Shown: positions 36,901 to 50,200, counted from the stretch's first letter. The stretch is 64,000 nt of DNA from Aplysia californica (GCF_000002075.1 NW_004797607.1:274289-338288), one strand, 5' to 3'. Notes: generated by a model not told the origin, from the sequence alone. Translations and numbers: made by a program.

Positions 36901-39900
36901 TTTCTTCACTTCAACTCTGATCAAATTTTTTTTTTGAGGTAGTTGTTGTACCTGATTTTTTTCAAAACGTGTGGGACAGCAGAGATATTTTTGTCATGTT
37001 TTCTAGGGCTTCCAAAATGAGATGTCCTCCAAACAGCCAGATGTGGACAGACTAACCAAGGCAGACAAGAGGAGAGCAGGGTCTGTGACAGATTCTTCCC
37101 ACATTCCAGTGTTCCGTGGTTCCGGTCGGTCCACTCCGAGGTCGAGAATTCCTACCATCCGGTAAGTGAATTTTAGTGAAATAATATTGTTGTTGGCTCC
37201 GAACTTCCATTTATATCACTGATAACAAGGGCAATAAAAAAAATTTTGATGTCTGAATTAAATATCATTTACAGTATCTAGCCTCTTGTGTGACTTGAGA
37301 CCTATGTGCCCTTTGTCAAGATTATACATAAATATGTTTCCTTTCAGAGCAGAAACAATTTATCTGGTGTTTGGTTTTAATCTCATTTACCAGTTTCCCT
37401 TGCTCTTTTTTGTTGCTGTTTTCTTTGTGACCTTTGAATGAAAAAGGAAAATACTTGTTTCCCCATCCTCCAGAGTTGACCGAGCTGACAGTTCCGGCCG
37501 AAGGACACCTGACCACCATGGACGTAGGACACCAGAACACTTCTCCGGCCGCCGTACACCAGACATGAGTGGTCGCAGAACGCCTGATGTTTCAGGGCGG
37601 GTAACTCCTGACCACCACTCAGGTCGCAGAACGCCAGACCACCACACCGGTCGGCGAACGCCTGAGCCCGCCTTCAACAACCCACGCGTGGGAGGCCTCT
37701 TTAACAAGTGGCGTCAAGTCTGGCTTATGGCCATGGAGAGACAGCGCAAACTACAAGATGCTCTCGACTACTTGAATGAGGTAAGTTTTCTACAACACAG
37801 CTGTGGGAAATTCATTTTGCTACACAATTTTGTGGGAAATTCATTTTGCTACACAATTTTCCAGTAGACAGTTCAGTACTCACCAGATGTTTTCTTAGCT
37901 GTACTTGTTTAGTTGAAAGGGTTTTTTATAGGTGTCATCAGTTACTATTTGTTCTGCTATGTTTCTTTGGAAATACGATGTTTAATTTTTCATGCTTGCA
38001 ATAATAAAATCCGGGATTATTCATAAAAGTATTGTAGAAATGCCATTACGTTTTAAACTGAAGCATCCTTGAGCACTTGTCTTTTGTCCTACATGTCCTT
38101 ATATCTATCAATACTTCAAGTTTCCATGATGAATAGCGAAAGTTCTCTGAGAATTTTTAGATACTGTCATAACTTGCACTTTGCTTTTTTCTTTTTGTAT
38201 ATCATTGGCATAAACGTCTCCTTTTTCACAGATAGAGCAACGTAAAGCTAAGGTTTGTCATGAGTTGGTTGCCACACAATTTTTTCCGCACAGTCATTTC
38301 ATCTATTTGACCAGTGTTATTTCTGTGTTCATGTTTGACTGGATGGGTTTTTTCAGGACTTTGGATTCTTTGATGATAACTCCAAACTATTGCTCCTACT
38401 CACAATGAAAATTTGTAAAGTTTCGCTTCGTGTGGATAAGTGTTATCTTCCCATCCTCCTACTGGTGTTTCAGATCAAAGAAAGATTTTTTTTTCTGTTT
38501 AAATTGGTAATGGGATTTGTTAAAATGATATTACCCTATACCGCGCTTCAGTGAACAGGATATTTAAGTACTCTGAATTATGCTTTAGTAGATCGTAATG
38601 ATGAACAAATTGACCTCACATTTACGTTCATTATGATGCATCGTCTGTCACAGATATCTGACATTTCCAACTTACAAAAATTTCTTTCTTTTCTATTTTT
38701 TTCACAATATTTCTATTATCATTTAATAAACTTACATTTTATTTCATCATAACTCTTGAGGCCCTATGAAACTGACAAACTTTGTTGTTTATTGATTGAG
38801 GGCTTAAGTTCTGTTTCTTATACATCTGTGACATCTGTGAAAGCAATTTTGTGTGTGTGTGTTCAACTGACTATATTTAAACAAAAGTGTGTGTCACCAG
38901 CGAAAGCTTTTCATCAATATAGCTATTGAGTGAATATATTCGTACACATTGATGTTTGCAGTTTTGGAGCACTGTCAAATAAACATGTCTGAATTTTGTC
39001 AAGATTCTTTCTATCATGGCTTTTCCAAGAAAATGATTTGTTCTCTCAAAAAAAGCTCTTTTTTTTAGTTTACCGGGTTGAATACAAACTGTTTTAACAC
39101 TTTCTACTAACTTAAACTTTTTTTTTTTTTTTTTTGAAATGGCACAAGTATTAGACATTGTGTTCAACTAAATTGACGCTGTGACTTGAAAGGTGACATG
39201 GTGGTAGCAGACTTATTAGTTGTAATGAAAATTGGGAAATACATTACTGTTATTCAAGATTTCATTTTGGACGCTTACTCATCTCACTGTGTGGACACTT
39301 ACTTTTTAAAGACTGTCGAAAAGGAGAAACTTTTTGTAGTCATGAATGAAATCGATACTAAAATAGTTTTCGACAAAGTCATTCATTATTTGAATTGCAA
39401 AAACAGATTCAACGTAAATGACAGAATCCTGCTCCAATTTTTTATGCTTAAGTGACATACATGCAGTTATTTTGTCTTTTGAACCCATTATTGTTCCTCT
39501 TGTCAAATAGAAGTATTCCCTTTTTTTAATTAGAGTTGAAAAAAAGTTCTAATAGTTTGAGGATGGCAGTGGATAGTCAGGTTATTCCTGTTTTTTTTGT
39601 AGATGATTAGGTCATGGATTCTGATTCTTCCAAACACTTTCTCTGTGTTTTGTTGGGTTTTTTTATCCATTCTTGTTTTAAAATTTTTTTGCTCAGAATT
39701 ATGTTTTCATTTTTCATCCACTTATTAATTTAAAGCAAGACATTAAAGTGCATTCTCTATAAATCTGTTGACCAAGTACGGGAATTATGTGTTGGATGTT
39801 GCTCTTGGCAACTGGTTGCACTGTCTTTCTCATGATATTCATTTCATTTGTTGATTTCACAATTATGATTCTGTCAGTTTCACATCAGAAACATTTTGTT

Positions 39901-41977
39901 CAAGCATTCCTATTTTTAAGGAGATTTTAGATATTGAAATTTGTTACAGAAATAGAACCATATAGTTTTTGTTTGTCTCGAAAGAAAGGGGTTAAGAGGC
40001 ACAAATATTTCCGAACAACCCAATCCACAGATACTAGTAAGTGAAATATTTTTTTGTCACTCGTACTGTCTCCAAGTGTAGAAAATTAGGGTCATAGTAA
40101 GCTGGAAAACATTTTGGTCAACCAAATCATTTACAAATACTTTTAGAGGCTCACATGCGCTTTCATTCATTCTCACGTTTGCAGTTTGAGACAATCTAAT
40201 TGGGAGAAAGCCCCTAGCAGTGTTCTTAAAATGTTACTTTTTTCCCAAGGTTTGATTGTTGACGTTTTCGTCTTTTCCCTCCTGTACAGTTGGAGAGGTT
40301 GAAAAACTTTGAATTTGACGACTGGCGCAAGCGTTACCTCAGGTGGATGCACCACAACAAGGCTCGCATCATGGACTTCTTCCGTCGCCAGGATCGGGAC
40401 CGAGATGGACGTGTCACACGCCAGGAGTTCATTGACGGAATCCTCATGTCCAGTAAGTCACATAAATCCCAAGTATCATTTCACTGAATCTGGCACATTT
40501 TATGTGAAAGGTATGAGTGTCTTGCAGCCTGTTAAAATTCGCCAGATCACTTCATTTTAATGATTACCACAAAAGCACCCAAAGAGTAAAAGGCAGGGGG
40601 TTAGATGGCACTGCTGTTTGGGCTTTGTTCTTATGTCTGCTTCTCTTCCTTTTTCCTTTCACTAAATGACCGTTATTGTGTTGATATACATTTCTTTACT
40701 TAAACAAAGAAAAAACAAGAATAAAATCATACTGCACATTGAGGCTTCATCACTTTTTTTTTACCATTTCCATCTTGTAGACTGGGCTATTTCCCCCTTT
40801 CAAAGTATTTTTGCCATTCCAGAATTAATATCTACAGTGAAAATTAAATTTTATATAGGCCTACTTACTTTTTCCTTTCATATTTGCCTTTTTCATTGTG
40901 TTTAGAGAGACGCATTTAATTTTTGTAATTTGATTTTTTTTTTCAGCTGTAGGGCTTGTGTAGTATGTTTGAAGAAGTGTTTTGGGCTACAAGTGCATCC
41001 AACAGTTCATTTTAGTGAGACAAAACATATGACTGACGGTTTAGACTGTTTGTCTCTGAACACATTTAGGCAGGATCCATGCCTGTCTGTAGCAATCTGG
41101 GTGTCACTCTACCTCAAAATATTTCCATAAGGTTTCTGAGGTTAATGGATATGTGCTGAATTTTTATACTGCTTTCTTCCCTGCAAGTGAAATGTATTTT
41201 GTAATCTTGATTACCCAACAGGTCTACTGTACATTTTTCAGTTTGAGAGTTTTGTGAACTCACATTTTAAACTTTTTTTCGAGCAGAATTCCCTACGTCT
41301 AGGCCAGAGATGGAGGCTGTTGCTGACATCTTTGACAAAGATGGTGACGGTTTCATCAACTACAAGGAATTTGTGTCAGCTCTTAGGCCTGACAGAGATG
41401 TAAGTACTGGGACATTTGATCTTTAACTTTTTTTTTCTTCAGGTTTATGGATAGGCCTATCACAGATTATTTTGCTTTGGTAACTTAAAAATTGTAATTG
41501 AATTAACTCTGTTAATGGTGTTCTTGAATGAAGAGAGGTCCTATCTTCTATTGAAACAGGATATTGTCATTTAAAAAATAAAAGTTCTGATATTTACATT
41601 CTACCAAGTTAGTTAGCTCTGATTGTTTGATGCTTGATTTGTTGTGGGCATCAGGTTTTATTATTCCAATTCTAAACTTACTTTTTAGTTTTAAGATTAT
41701 CTGCACTCTGTCTTATTGGAGACAAAGATTTATTTTCTGATCTGACTCGTGGTATGCTTTATGTTGAAAAGAGGGTACATCTCAAATTTTGTTAACTTTC
41801 TAACATGGACTTGTGTTTTTGCTCTCAGGTGAAACCAGAGACAGAGTCGGAGAAAATCATGGATGAGGTCAAACGCCAGGTGTCCAAGTGCACATGTGTG
41901 AAACAATTCAAGATACACAAGATTGGAGAGGGAAAATACAGAGTGAGTCTCTTTTTTTTGTCCTTATTGTGTGAGTC

Positions 41978-42009
<32 letters not shown>

Positions 42010-45000
42010 CGGGGGGGTTGTGTTTGGAGAGAGCAAATTTTTTTAGAGTCTCAAGATGTGTTAATGCATGTTTGTGAGTGTGTATTTATGTGTATTAAAG
42101 TGAAAGGGCACGAAAGAGAGAGAGAGATGGGGTCTTTGGTTGGTAGAGAGAGAAGGAACAGGCATCACAATATTAGAGGGCAAAGGTAGAGTAAATCTCT
42201 CTGGACTAATGAGTTTGTGTTTTGTTCTCATAGTCCGTGCTTATGTAACCTCAGTACTTTAGTAACTATGTTTTGTCTGTTTCGAATCTTTTCAAAATGA
42301 GGAGAGAGGGGGAGTGCTTATAGATGAAATATTCTGTCAATTTCCCTGTAAATATCATCTTCTTCTGTTTCCCTTCAGTTCGGTGATTCTCAGAAACTTC
42401 GCCTGGTCCGCATCCTTCGTAGCACAGTGATGGTGCGTGTCGGAGGTGGCTGGATCGCTTTGGACGAGTTCCTGGTCAAGAATGATCCGTGCAGAGGTAA
42501 ATGTTTTTTCTTTTCATTCTAGCTTTTGAAAGAAGCATACAGTATTTTCATAGCTTTTGGTTATGTATTTAAAAAATGTTTTTATGTGACTTTGTTAATG
42601 TTTGTTCCTGTGTTTCCCTTGTATTGATAAATAATTCCATATCTGAATGTGTTTTCAAACATATGAGGTAGGGTGTATTCTGGAAGCTCTTTTAAGAGCG
42701 TGTAGGTTCCAGTTTTCACAGCTACTGTGTAGAAATGTCGGTGCAGTTCCAAGCAATTGATTGTTTGGTATGAATATATAAGGCTTTAGGTACTACCATA
42801 CTAATTAGTACGAGGCAGTCTAACATTCTGTGCTTTGATATCTGCAGTATCATTGTAGAACTAGTAATAGTTTTTTCCAAAAACTTTTTTCGTCTTTTAA
42901 AAAAAAATATTATTCCAAAAAATGTGTCGAGTAGAAATTGATAATTTTAGCCCACTTTAAAGCTTTACAATAACAGTTTGAGAGGCGCTGACTTAAGCAG
43001 TTGGGTCTCTAGATAAAAAGCCTAATTTTAAAAGTCTAGTTTTTTTTTACTTCTTTTATCCCTTACAACTTCATCTCTGTGAAAAATATGCATGCTCAGC
43101 TATACGTTACCCATCCATGGCAGATGCAACTCATTTTCACTGCCGCGTATATATATGAATAGATTATTCCTTTTTCCTCTTGCCCTGATGTTATGACTTA
43201 CATTATGCTGTATACTGATGTATTTTCATCCTTCTTTTCCCCGTGAACACGAACAATCTCTGTGGCCTCTCAGAGTTTGTTGAGATTGCTGGTAAAATTG
43301 AATTTTCTTATATATCCCATGAAAGGCAGCGGGACATTTTAATTCTTTTTCACAGAACACTGACCTTCATAACACACACACACACTGGTGCGCAGACACA
43401 CACACTTACAAACACACAAACAGACACACGTATGCACGCACATGTGCGTGCTCACATCATGCCCACTCGCACTTACCCACACAGATGCACTAAACTGCTT
43501 GCTTTGTGTTATGGTATCGCAGAGGTTCATGATTTTGTTTATCAGATGATATCAGATGATATCAACTCACGGTCTCAGACAATCCTCCCTACATCAATTG
43601 TGTTTGATTTGCCCTTTTATTTTCATTTTACATTTTCGCCCCTAGCTGTAGTTTTTAGTTGTTTTTTTGTGTGGTTTTTTTCTTTTACAAGCCTATTACC
43701 AAAGACTGTGAACTACAAGACTGTTGTTTCGGTTGTTTTTATTGATTTGTGCAACTTCATATAGGCTAATATTGGCCTAGTTGTGAAATACTTTTTCTTT
43801 CACCAGCATTTATCTTTATGCCGGAAAATTGTGTTCCACAGAAAGAGAACCTTTTGAAAATGTGCGTACTAAGCTGATATAACAGTTTGTTCAGAAATAG
43901 CGAAAAATTGGAGGATGAAAGTAAATACGTGTAATTATGAGCTTTCAGAAAAGCAGAATGCTTGCATATTACTGTAAGCGATTTCTGTGTTATTTGCTGA
44001 AATAACATGAAAGAGCTATGTGTGCCTCCATTTGTTGTGGTAGGCAAGGTAGTCAGGTCACGCAGCACAGTTCAGTCATTTGTCTTATAGTTCACAGTCT
44101 TGAATAAGATTTAGCTGCCTTTGTTAATCCATGATCATTTTGTTTTAGTACACAGGGAAAAGAATAGATTGAATGTCTATGAGGACATTAACATGCTAGG
44201 AATGGCCCTTATGACATGCTTCAAGTTTAGTGAACATTTATTCAAGTATTGTGGGGTATTGATGTGGATGCAAGAGGCAAGATCTATCTGTTGACCCATG
44301 TCATCAACAGAACCTGTGAAGTCAGAATAGCTAAAAGTTTGGGGTCTTTTTTTCTTTCATTAACATGGTTCAAGAACTAGATTGTATTTGGGTTTTTCGT
44401 CTTGTTTTCTTTTGTTTTTGTTTGGGTTTTTTAGGGTGGAGGGAGGGAGGGAGGGTTCATTTGTGATGATTTGATGTATTTCAACAGGATATTCATTGGG
44501 AATTTTGAAGCCATAATGAAATATTTTTCTTTAGGAATTGCAGGTGCTCAGTGCTAAAAAAAAAATGATGCTGTTTGATTATGGGGAAAGCAGCTTTGTT
44601 TTAATTTTTACTTCTATCATTTATTTACCTTTTGCATTTGAAACCATTCAGAATTTCGAAAACTGTCACCCTACCGTAAGTATAGAACAGCATAATCAAA
44701 TTTATGAAACGTGTATTGAGTTGTCTCCGTGTACGCAAACACACACACACACAACTTGGCGGATAGGGTGCGCGGTAGCCCATGTACTGGCCTTTCCCCC
44801 TATCATTACCCTCCAGCCCTCATCATATATAGTAATGTCACTCAACCGTTATATACATCAACCCCTCTGCCCTTCCCCCCCACTTGATCTCATTTTTCTT
44901 TAGCGGAAAACGTGACCAAAGCAATCTTGTGTGTTGGCAAGGTTTCCTCCTCTAACACTGAGCCGTATTTGTGATACTTTAAAAAAAATTATTCATTCAT

Positions 45001-47253
45001 TGCTTCAGCAGTGACAAATTTATTGTATAGGGAATGTTGGAAGAAACGTTGCTCATGCACTTGCACTTGGGGGGGGGGGGGGGGGGGGGTTCTTGTAATT
45101 GTCTTTGTTAATGAATAGAAATGTTTTTCGTGGGTAGTGTTAATTGTTTGTAGGATTTTTTCTTTCTTTTCTGACCAATGTATTGAAGACAGTATTTTCA
45201 TAACTTACTCAACCCGTCAATTGGTGGGGGTGGGGAGGTTTCATCTTATGTAGCGGCGGAAAGAGTAAGACAACGGTCAGAAAAATTAGTGATGTAATGA
45301 TATAATGATTTCGCATGTACGTGAACAAGGTCACCATCAGACAACTTAAACCTCCAATTTTAATTATTTACATTGAAAGATTCAAAGCAACAGTGCCTAA
45401 TATCACGGTAGAGTTTAAAGTGACAGCCAAGTGTTCATATTTCCTGACCCTCTCCCATGCTAGTTTTTCATACACACTCACCATCCCTGACCCCCACTCA
45501 CCACCAAAACCCATATACTTATCATCCCCTCCCCTGGCACTTACCATATTCAGTTCAAATTATGTCCAGTAACGTAGTTCATATTTCTTTGTAGTTTTAG
45601 ATACCCTTAATCTTGTTCTTGTTCCCCACAAACATAGGCCTATTGTTTTTATTGCTACAACTTTTTTCTGCCTTTTTATCTTTTCTTCGCTCTGTGAGCA
45701 TCTGGACAAACTTGTATAAGAAAGCTTGTGTTTTTCTTGCATCTTTGGGGGTTTCAAATCAATCAGACCCAAAATATTGTTTGCGGAGTATCAAAACTGC
45801 ACCTTTAACTCATTTAAGATCATGCCAGACTGTGATGTGTTGAGCTGATTGTGAAGATAAAGCTTTCATGACTCTTCACTCTGAGCAACTCCTGTTGGAA
45901 ATCTACTTTTTTATTCAAATAAGAGGTCATGGCTCTCAGACTATAATCATAGAGTGTTGAAAGGGGCGTTTGGACAAAGAAATGTGTTGTTGATTCAAAG
46001 TAGAGATTACTTGTAAAAGATTTTACCAATTGAGCTGGGATTAGAGATTTGAATTTATATTATCTTAAAAGTAGATAGCTTGGCAGAGTTGTAACTTGTT
46101 GATCATGGTCAATAAAAACCATGAATATTATGTTGCAGCAATAACATCCTGCTTTTTGGGGGGGGGCTATCCTGTAATATTACTATAACAATGACTGAAA
46201 GGGAAGTTATTGTAGGTTTACAGGTTAAATTCAGGTAGATGCAAAACTAAATGAGTTTGGTCCCTGGTCAGTTGCTGCTGAGGTGTGAAGCCTCTTCAAC
46301 TTGAAGTCCAGCAAATTAATGTTGCAGGTTGTGGTCTTCAGAGTAAATATGCTGTGTTTACACCCCCCCTCCCCCCCACCTTGTTTTTTTATATAATAAT
46401 ACATTATTGTTCATTCATGGAGTATTAATCAATGGTTATATATTTTGTCATTTTTTTCTGTGTATTTTACTGCGGGCACTAACATCCAGGGGGGACAGTC
46501 ACTACGGGAAACAACCTCCGCTAAGATCCCCCCCCATACCTACATGACACTGACTGCTGTAATAATCATCCCTTGCTTTGTGCCACTGGAAGTTTTAGGG
46601 TTACCGGCTAACGTTTTATTTATCATTTGGTAACACACCCACAGGCTAGGAGAGCTTAAGCGTAACCGTCGAACACAGATACGCCTCTCTGTGTTCATGT
46701 CCACTCGTTGCTTTTCGCTGCCAAAATGCAAGTCTTACTGCTTTTGTCAATCATACACACTGCTATAGGCTAGAATAATGATGTACATTTTAGTTTGGTT
46801 GGTTTTGCTTTGGATTTGGATTGGGGGTTTTTTTGTAATGTAAATTTTGATCTGTACATGACCAAGGCTGTCTCATGGATTAATTGTAATTAATGGCATT
46901 GTGGAGATGTAAAGGATGCTCTTGTGCCTTCACAACACTTTCTTCAACATCAGATAGGGGACAGGAGGTGTGGGTGAACTTTTTAAAAATTAATTTAATC
47001 AAGCCAACATTGGACACACCTGGTTTGTTTGGGGGTTTTTTAAAATGAAATTCAGCGACTTTTTGGGAAATCCAAGTGTATCAGTTGACATCTGACCTAA
47101 GACTTTTGATTTTTCCTGCAGTAATAAGTCTTCATCCTGCGAAAATCCAATTTTGCTGTCTCTCTCTTTGTCTCTCTAACTCTTCTGTCTTTTTGTCTTT
47201 CTGTCTGCCTGTCTGTCTTTGTCTCTTTCTCTCTCTCTCTCTCTGTGTCTCTC

Positions 47254-47297
<44 letters not shown>

Positions 47298-50200
47298 CCC
47301 CCCGCCCCCTTCTGTTTAGTGTATTATGCACTTTTACCCAGCCTGTGTGTTCTTCTCTCCTCTACATCGCCATACCTGTTGTTAGTATGTAGAAATAACA
47401 CCTTTTTTTTTACTAAGTGAGACTGACATAATATCATGATCATGGTCACATAATTTCACATATTGTTCTCTCTCTCTCTTTCTCTGATAATAATATCGTA
47501 GTGTGTTTCTGTATTTTGTGTGCACATTACAACTTCGTCGAGGAATGTAAAACCTCTAATTACTCCTGGCACTGCCAGAAGAGCTAACTTTAGCTTTAGC
47601 TGATGACTTTACTTATTATCTATGTCTGTCAATGCTCAGGTAGAAAAATTGAGCTACCGTATCATCACAATACTATATTAGTGGCTGAAAATAGAATCGT
47701 TTTATTTTTTTGGTTGTTTGTTTAAAGTTAAAGTCATCCAGTGTACATTTCTGTGGTTCTATTAATTTCTTGGACCCATTACACTGAAGTACTTTACCGA
47801 AGAAATCTGTATTCAGTGTATCTGGAGTCGACAAATTTTCACGTTTTTTTTAAAGCAAAGAATGTTCGTTTTTATTTTGATTTATGTAATGATGGACTCT
47901 TGGGTATATTATAAACAATTATAAAGATTTTTTTGCTTCTTTAGTTATTGATCCTGTAGTGGGGGGAGGGAGGGGGGGGGGTATATGCAGTGTTAACCTG
48001 AGTCATTTGTCCACTCTGGATGTTGTTTTTGTCTTGAGTGTGATACTCTTTGTTGAAATATTTATTCATGAAGGTCTTTCAGTTTTACTTCTACAGGTAT
48101 ATGACACATTGTGTTACTGGCTGATATTACGGATAACTTTTGCCATTCAGTATTTGACTTTGTTCAAGTCTCAATCTCTCCACAGTTTCTTGCAGGTCAC
48201 TCAGTGCATCAACTTGAGTTGGTTGAAGTTCAGATCCCCATCTCTTTTGTGATCAGTATTTTCCATTACTGATGTCGGAGATTTTCTCAAAATGTTATGG
48301 CTTACAATCGTGTGTAAATGTTAGTTTCTCATTTGTGTACTTGTTTTCTCTCTGAAAAGTTGGCCTTTGGAGGAGGAAGCAGTTCCGTTTGAAACGGCGC
48401 TATCTTCACCATCAAAATCCTGATGAATGTAGGTTGACCTTCACCTTCAGCATGTCGTGTGCTGAAGACGTTGCTGTTTCTTGTGCCTGGCTCCTCCTGC
48501 TCCCCTTTCCATTCAGTTTTTGTCATGGCTTTTGACCTTTTTTTATTCCTTCGTGGAAAAATTCCTGGTTTTTAACTGGCCTGAGTTTGTCTTGTAATGT
48601 TTTTGTGTCTCTTAATGTTGCCCGATTTATTTTCATGTGCATGTTGTCAAGATGTGTGAGTAGGCCTGAGTCCAAAGGTTCCTTCAGCAGCAGTTTGCAT
48701 TGTAAAAGAAACCTTTTTCCGCGGGGCCAGCAATGTGAAATGGACTTACGCTTTTTAATTAATTTTTTTTTTTTTTTTTTCTCTGATGAAGTGATAATTT
48801 GAAAATGAAAGTTTTGTCGCTTTATGGTTCAAGTTTATCTTTAAAACATTTTCCTGTCGATGTTGTACTGAAGCTTTATGTAAATTCTAACTTGTCGGGA
48901 ATGTTTCTTTTGCTGCATTATTTTTCTCAGATCTTTTAATACTATCTAAATGCCAACTGTGTCTCTTTGAATTGAGAAATGTCTGACTTTCTCTCCAAAG
49001 ATATTTGTGTGCATTTTGTGTGCTAATTATTTTTTTCGAGATCTTTGCTTGGACCATTTTGTTATATATGTGTTGTGGGATAGGCCGGAGTTTGATGTTC
49101 CCATAGAAGTGGTACCTGTGCTTGATGTGACCCTTTTGGTTTCATTCCAGATGTGAATTTTGTCTACTGTTTTGTTTATTTCATGAGTATTTTAGTGGAT
49201 GTCCCAATTGAGCTGTTATAAATTGGGGAAACTGAATCATCTAATAAAGTGTGAATAGTATTAGTATGAACGCTGAGACTGAAATGATAGCTATGAGACT
49301 CAGCTACTGTGAATGCACACACTGTGAGCCATGTAGCCCTGTTGTTCCACACTGATAGCATTACCTCATGAAGTAGGCCAGAGAATGTAGGAATTTGGCC
49401 CTCTTATTTGTTTTGTCACTAACCATGAAAATATTCCTGTCGTCCAACACCGCTGGTATAAAAGCCAAATATACAGAAAAGGTACTGTAATTATAAGACC
49501 TTTCAAAATAAAGATGAAGCTGATTACAATGAAGCCGTTCACAAAAACAGAACTAAAAAGTTGGTGAAGAAAAGAAAAAAACAGAACTAAAAAGTTTGTG
49601 AAGAAAAGAATAAAGTTAAAAAGCTGTAGAGAAGTAAAGAAGAGGAGGCTGTCATGTTGTCTCTTTGTTGATGTGGCTAACTTATCGTTGCCACAATCTA
49701 TTTTGTTCCTCAATATTTAAAACAGAATAAAATGTTTGCCTTGATAGGAGTGCCAACAATAAATTCTTTAATTTGTCAAGTTTAGAGAATCACAAATACT
49801 ACCTTATGCAGTTGCAAGCGCCGTAAAACCTCTACTAAAACTAAAATCACAAATTTCTTTGTGCCCTTGATAGAGGATGCAAAGTTAAAGCTTTGCATGA
49901 TGACATAGTAAACAGAAATGGAGTAGTTACTAACAATGAACCGAAAATAGGACTGTTGGTAAACTAAATTATGAAAATGGGATATCTGCATAGAAAGGAA
50001 CTTTCTTGTACTGATATTGTCTTATGAAATTAAAGTATAAAGAGAGGTTGAGACCATTTGAAAAAAAAAATATATTTATTATAGCATAATAATATGATAT
50101 TTATTTCCTGGGATATGATAACCTTTCGCCTTCTCAGCTATAGTTGAATATGGGGGGGGAGGGGGGGATTTTTTTAATTTTCCCTGTCCTCTACCCTTTT

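Noticed and set aside
37387-37707. Minus-strand ORF with SGVRRP repeats
   Set aside because: Antisense shadow of exon 46; no independent gene evidence.
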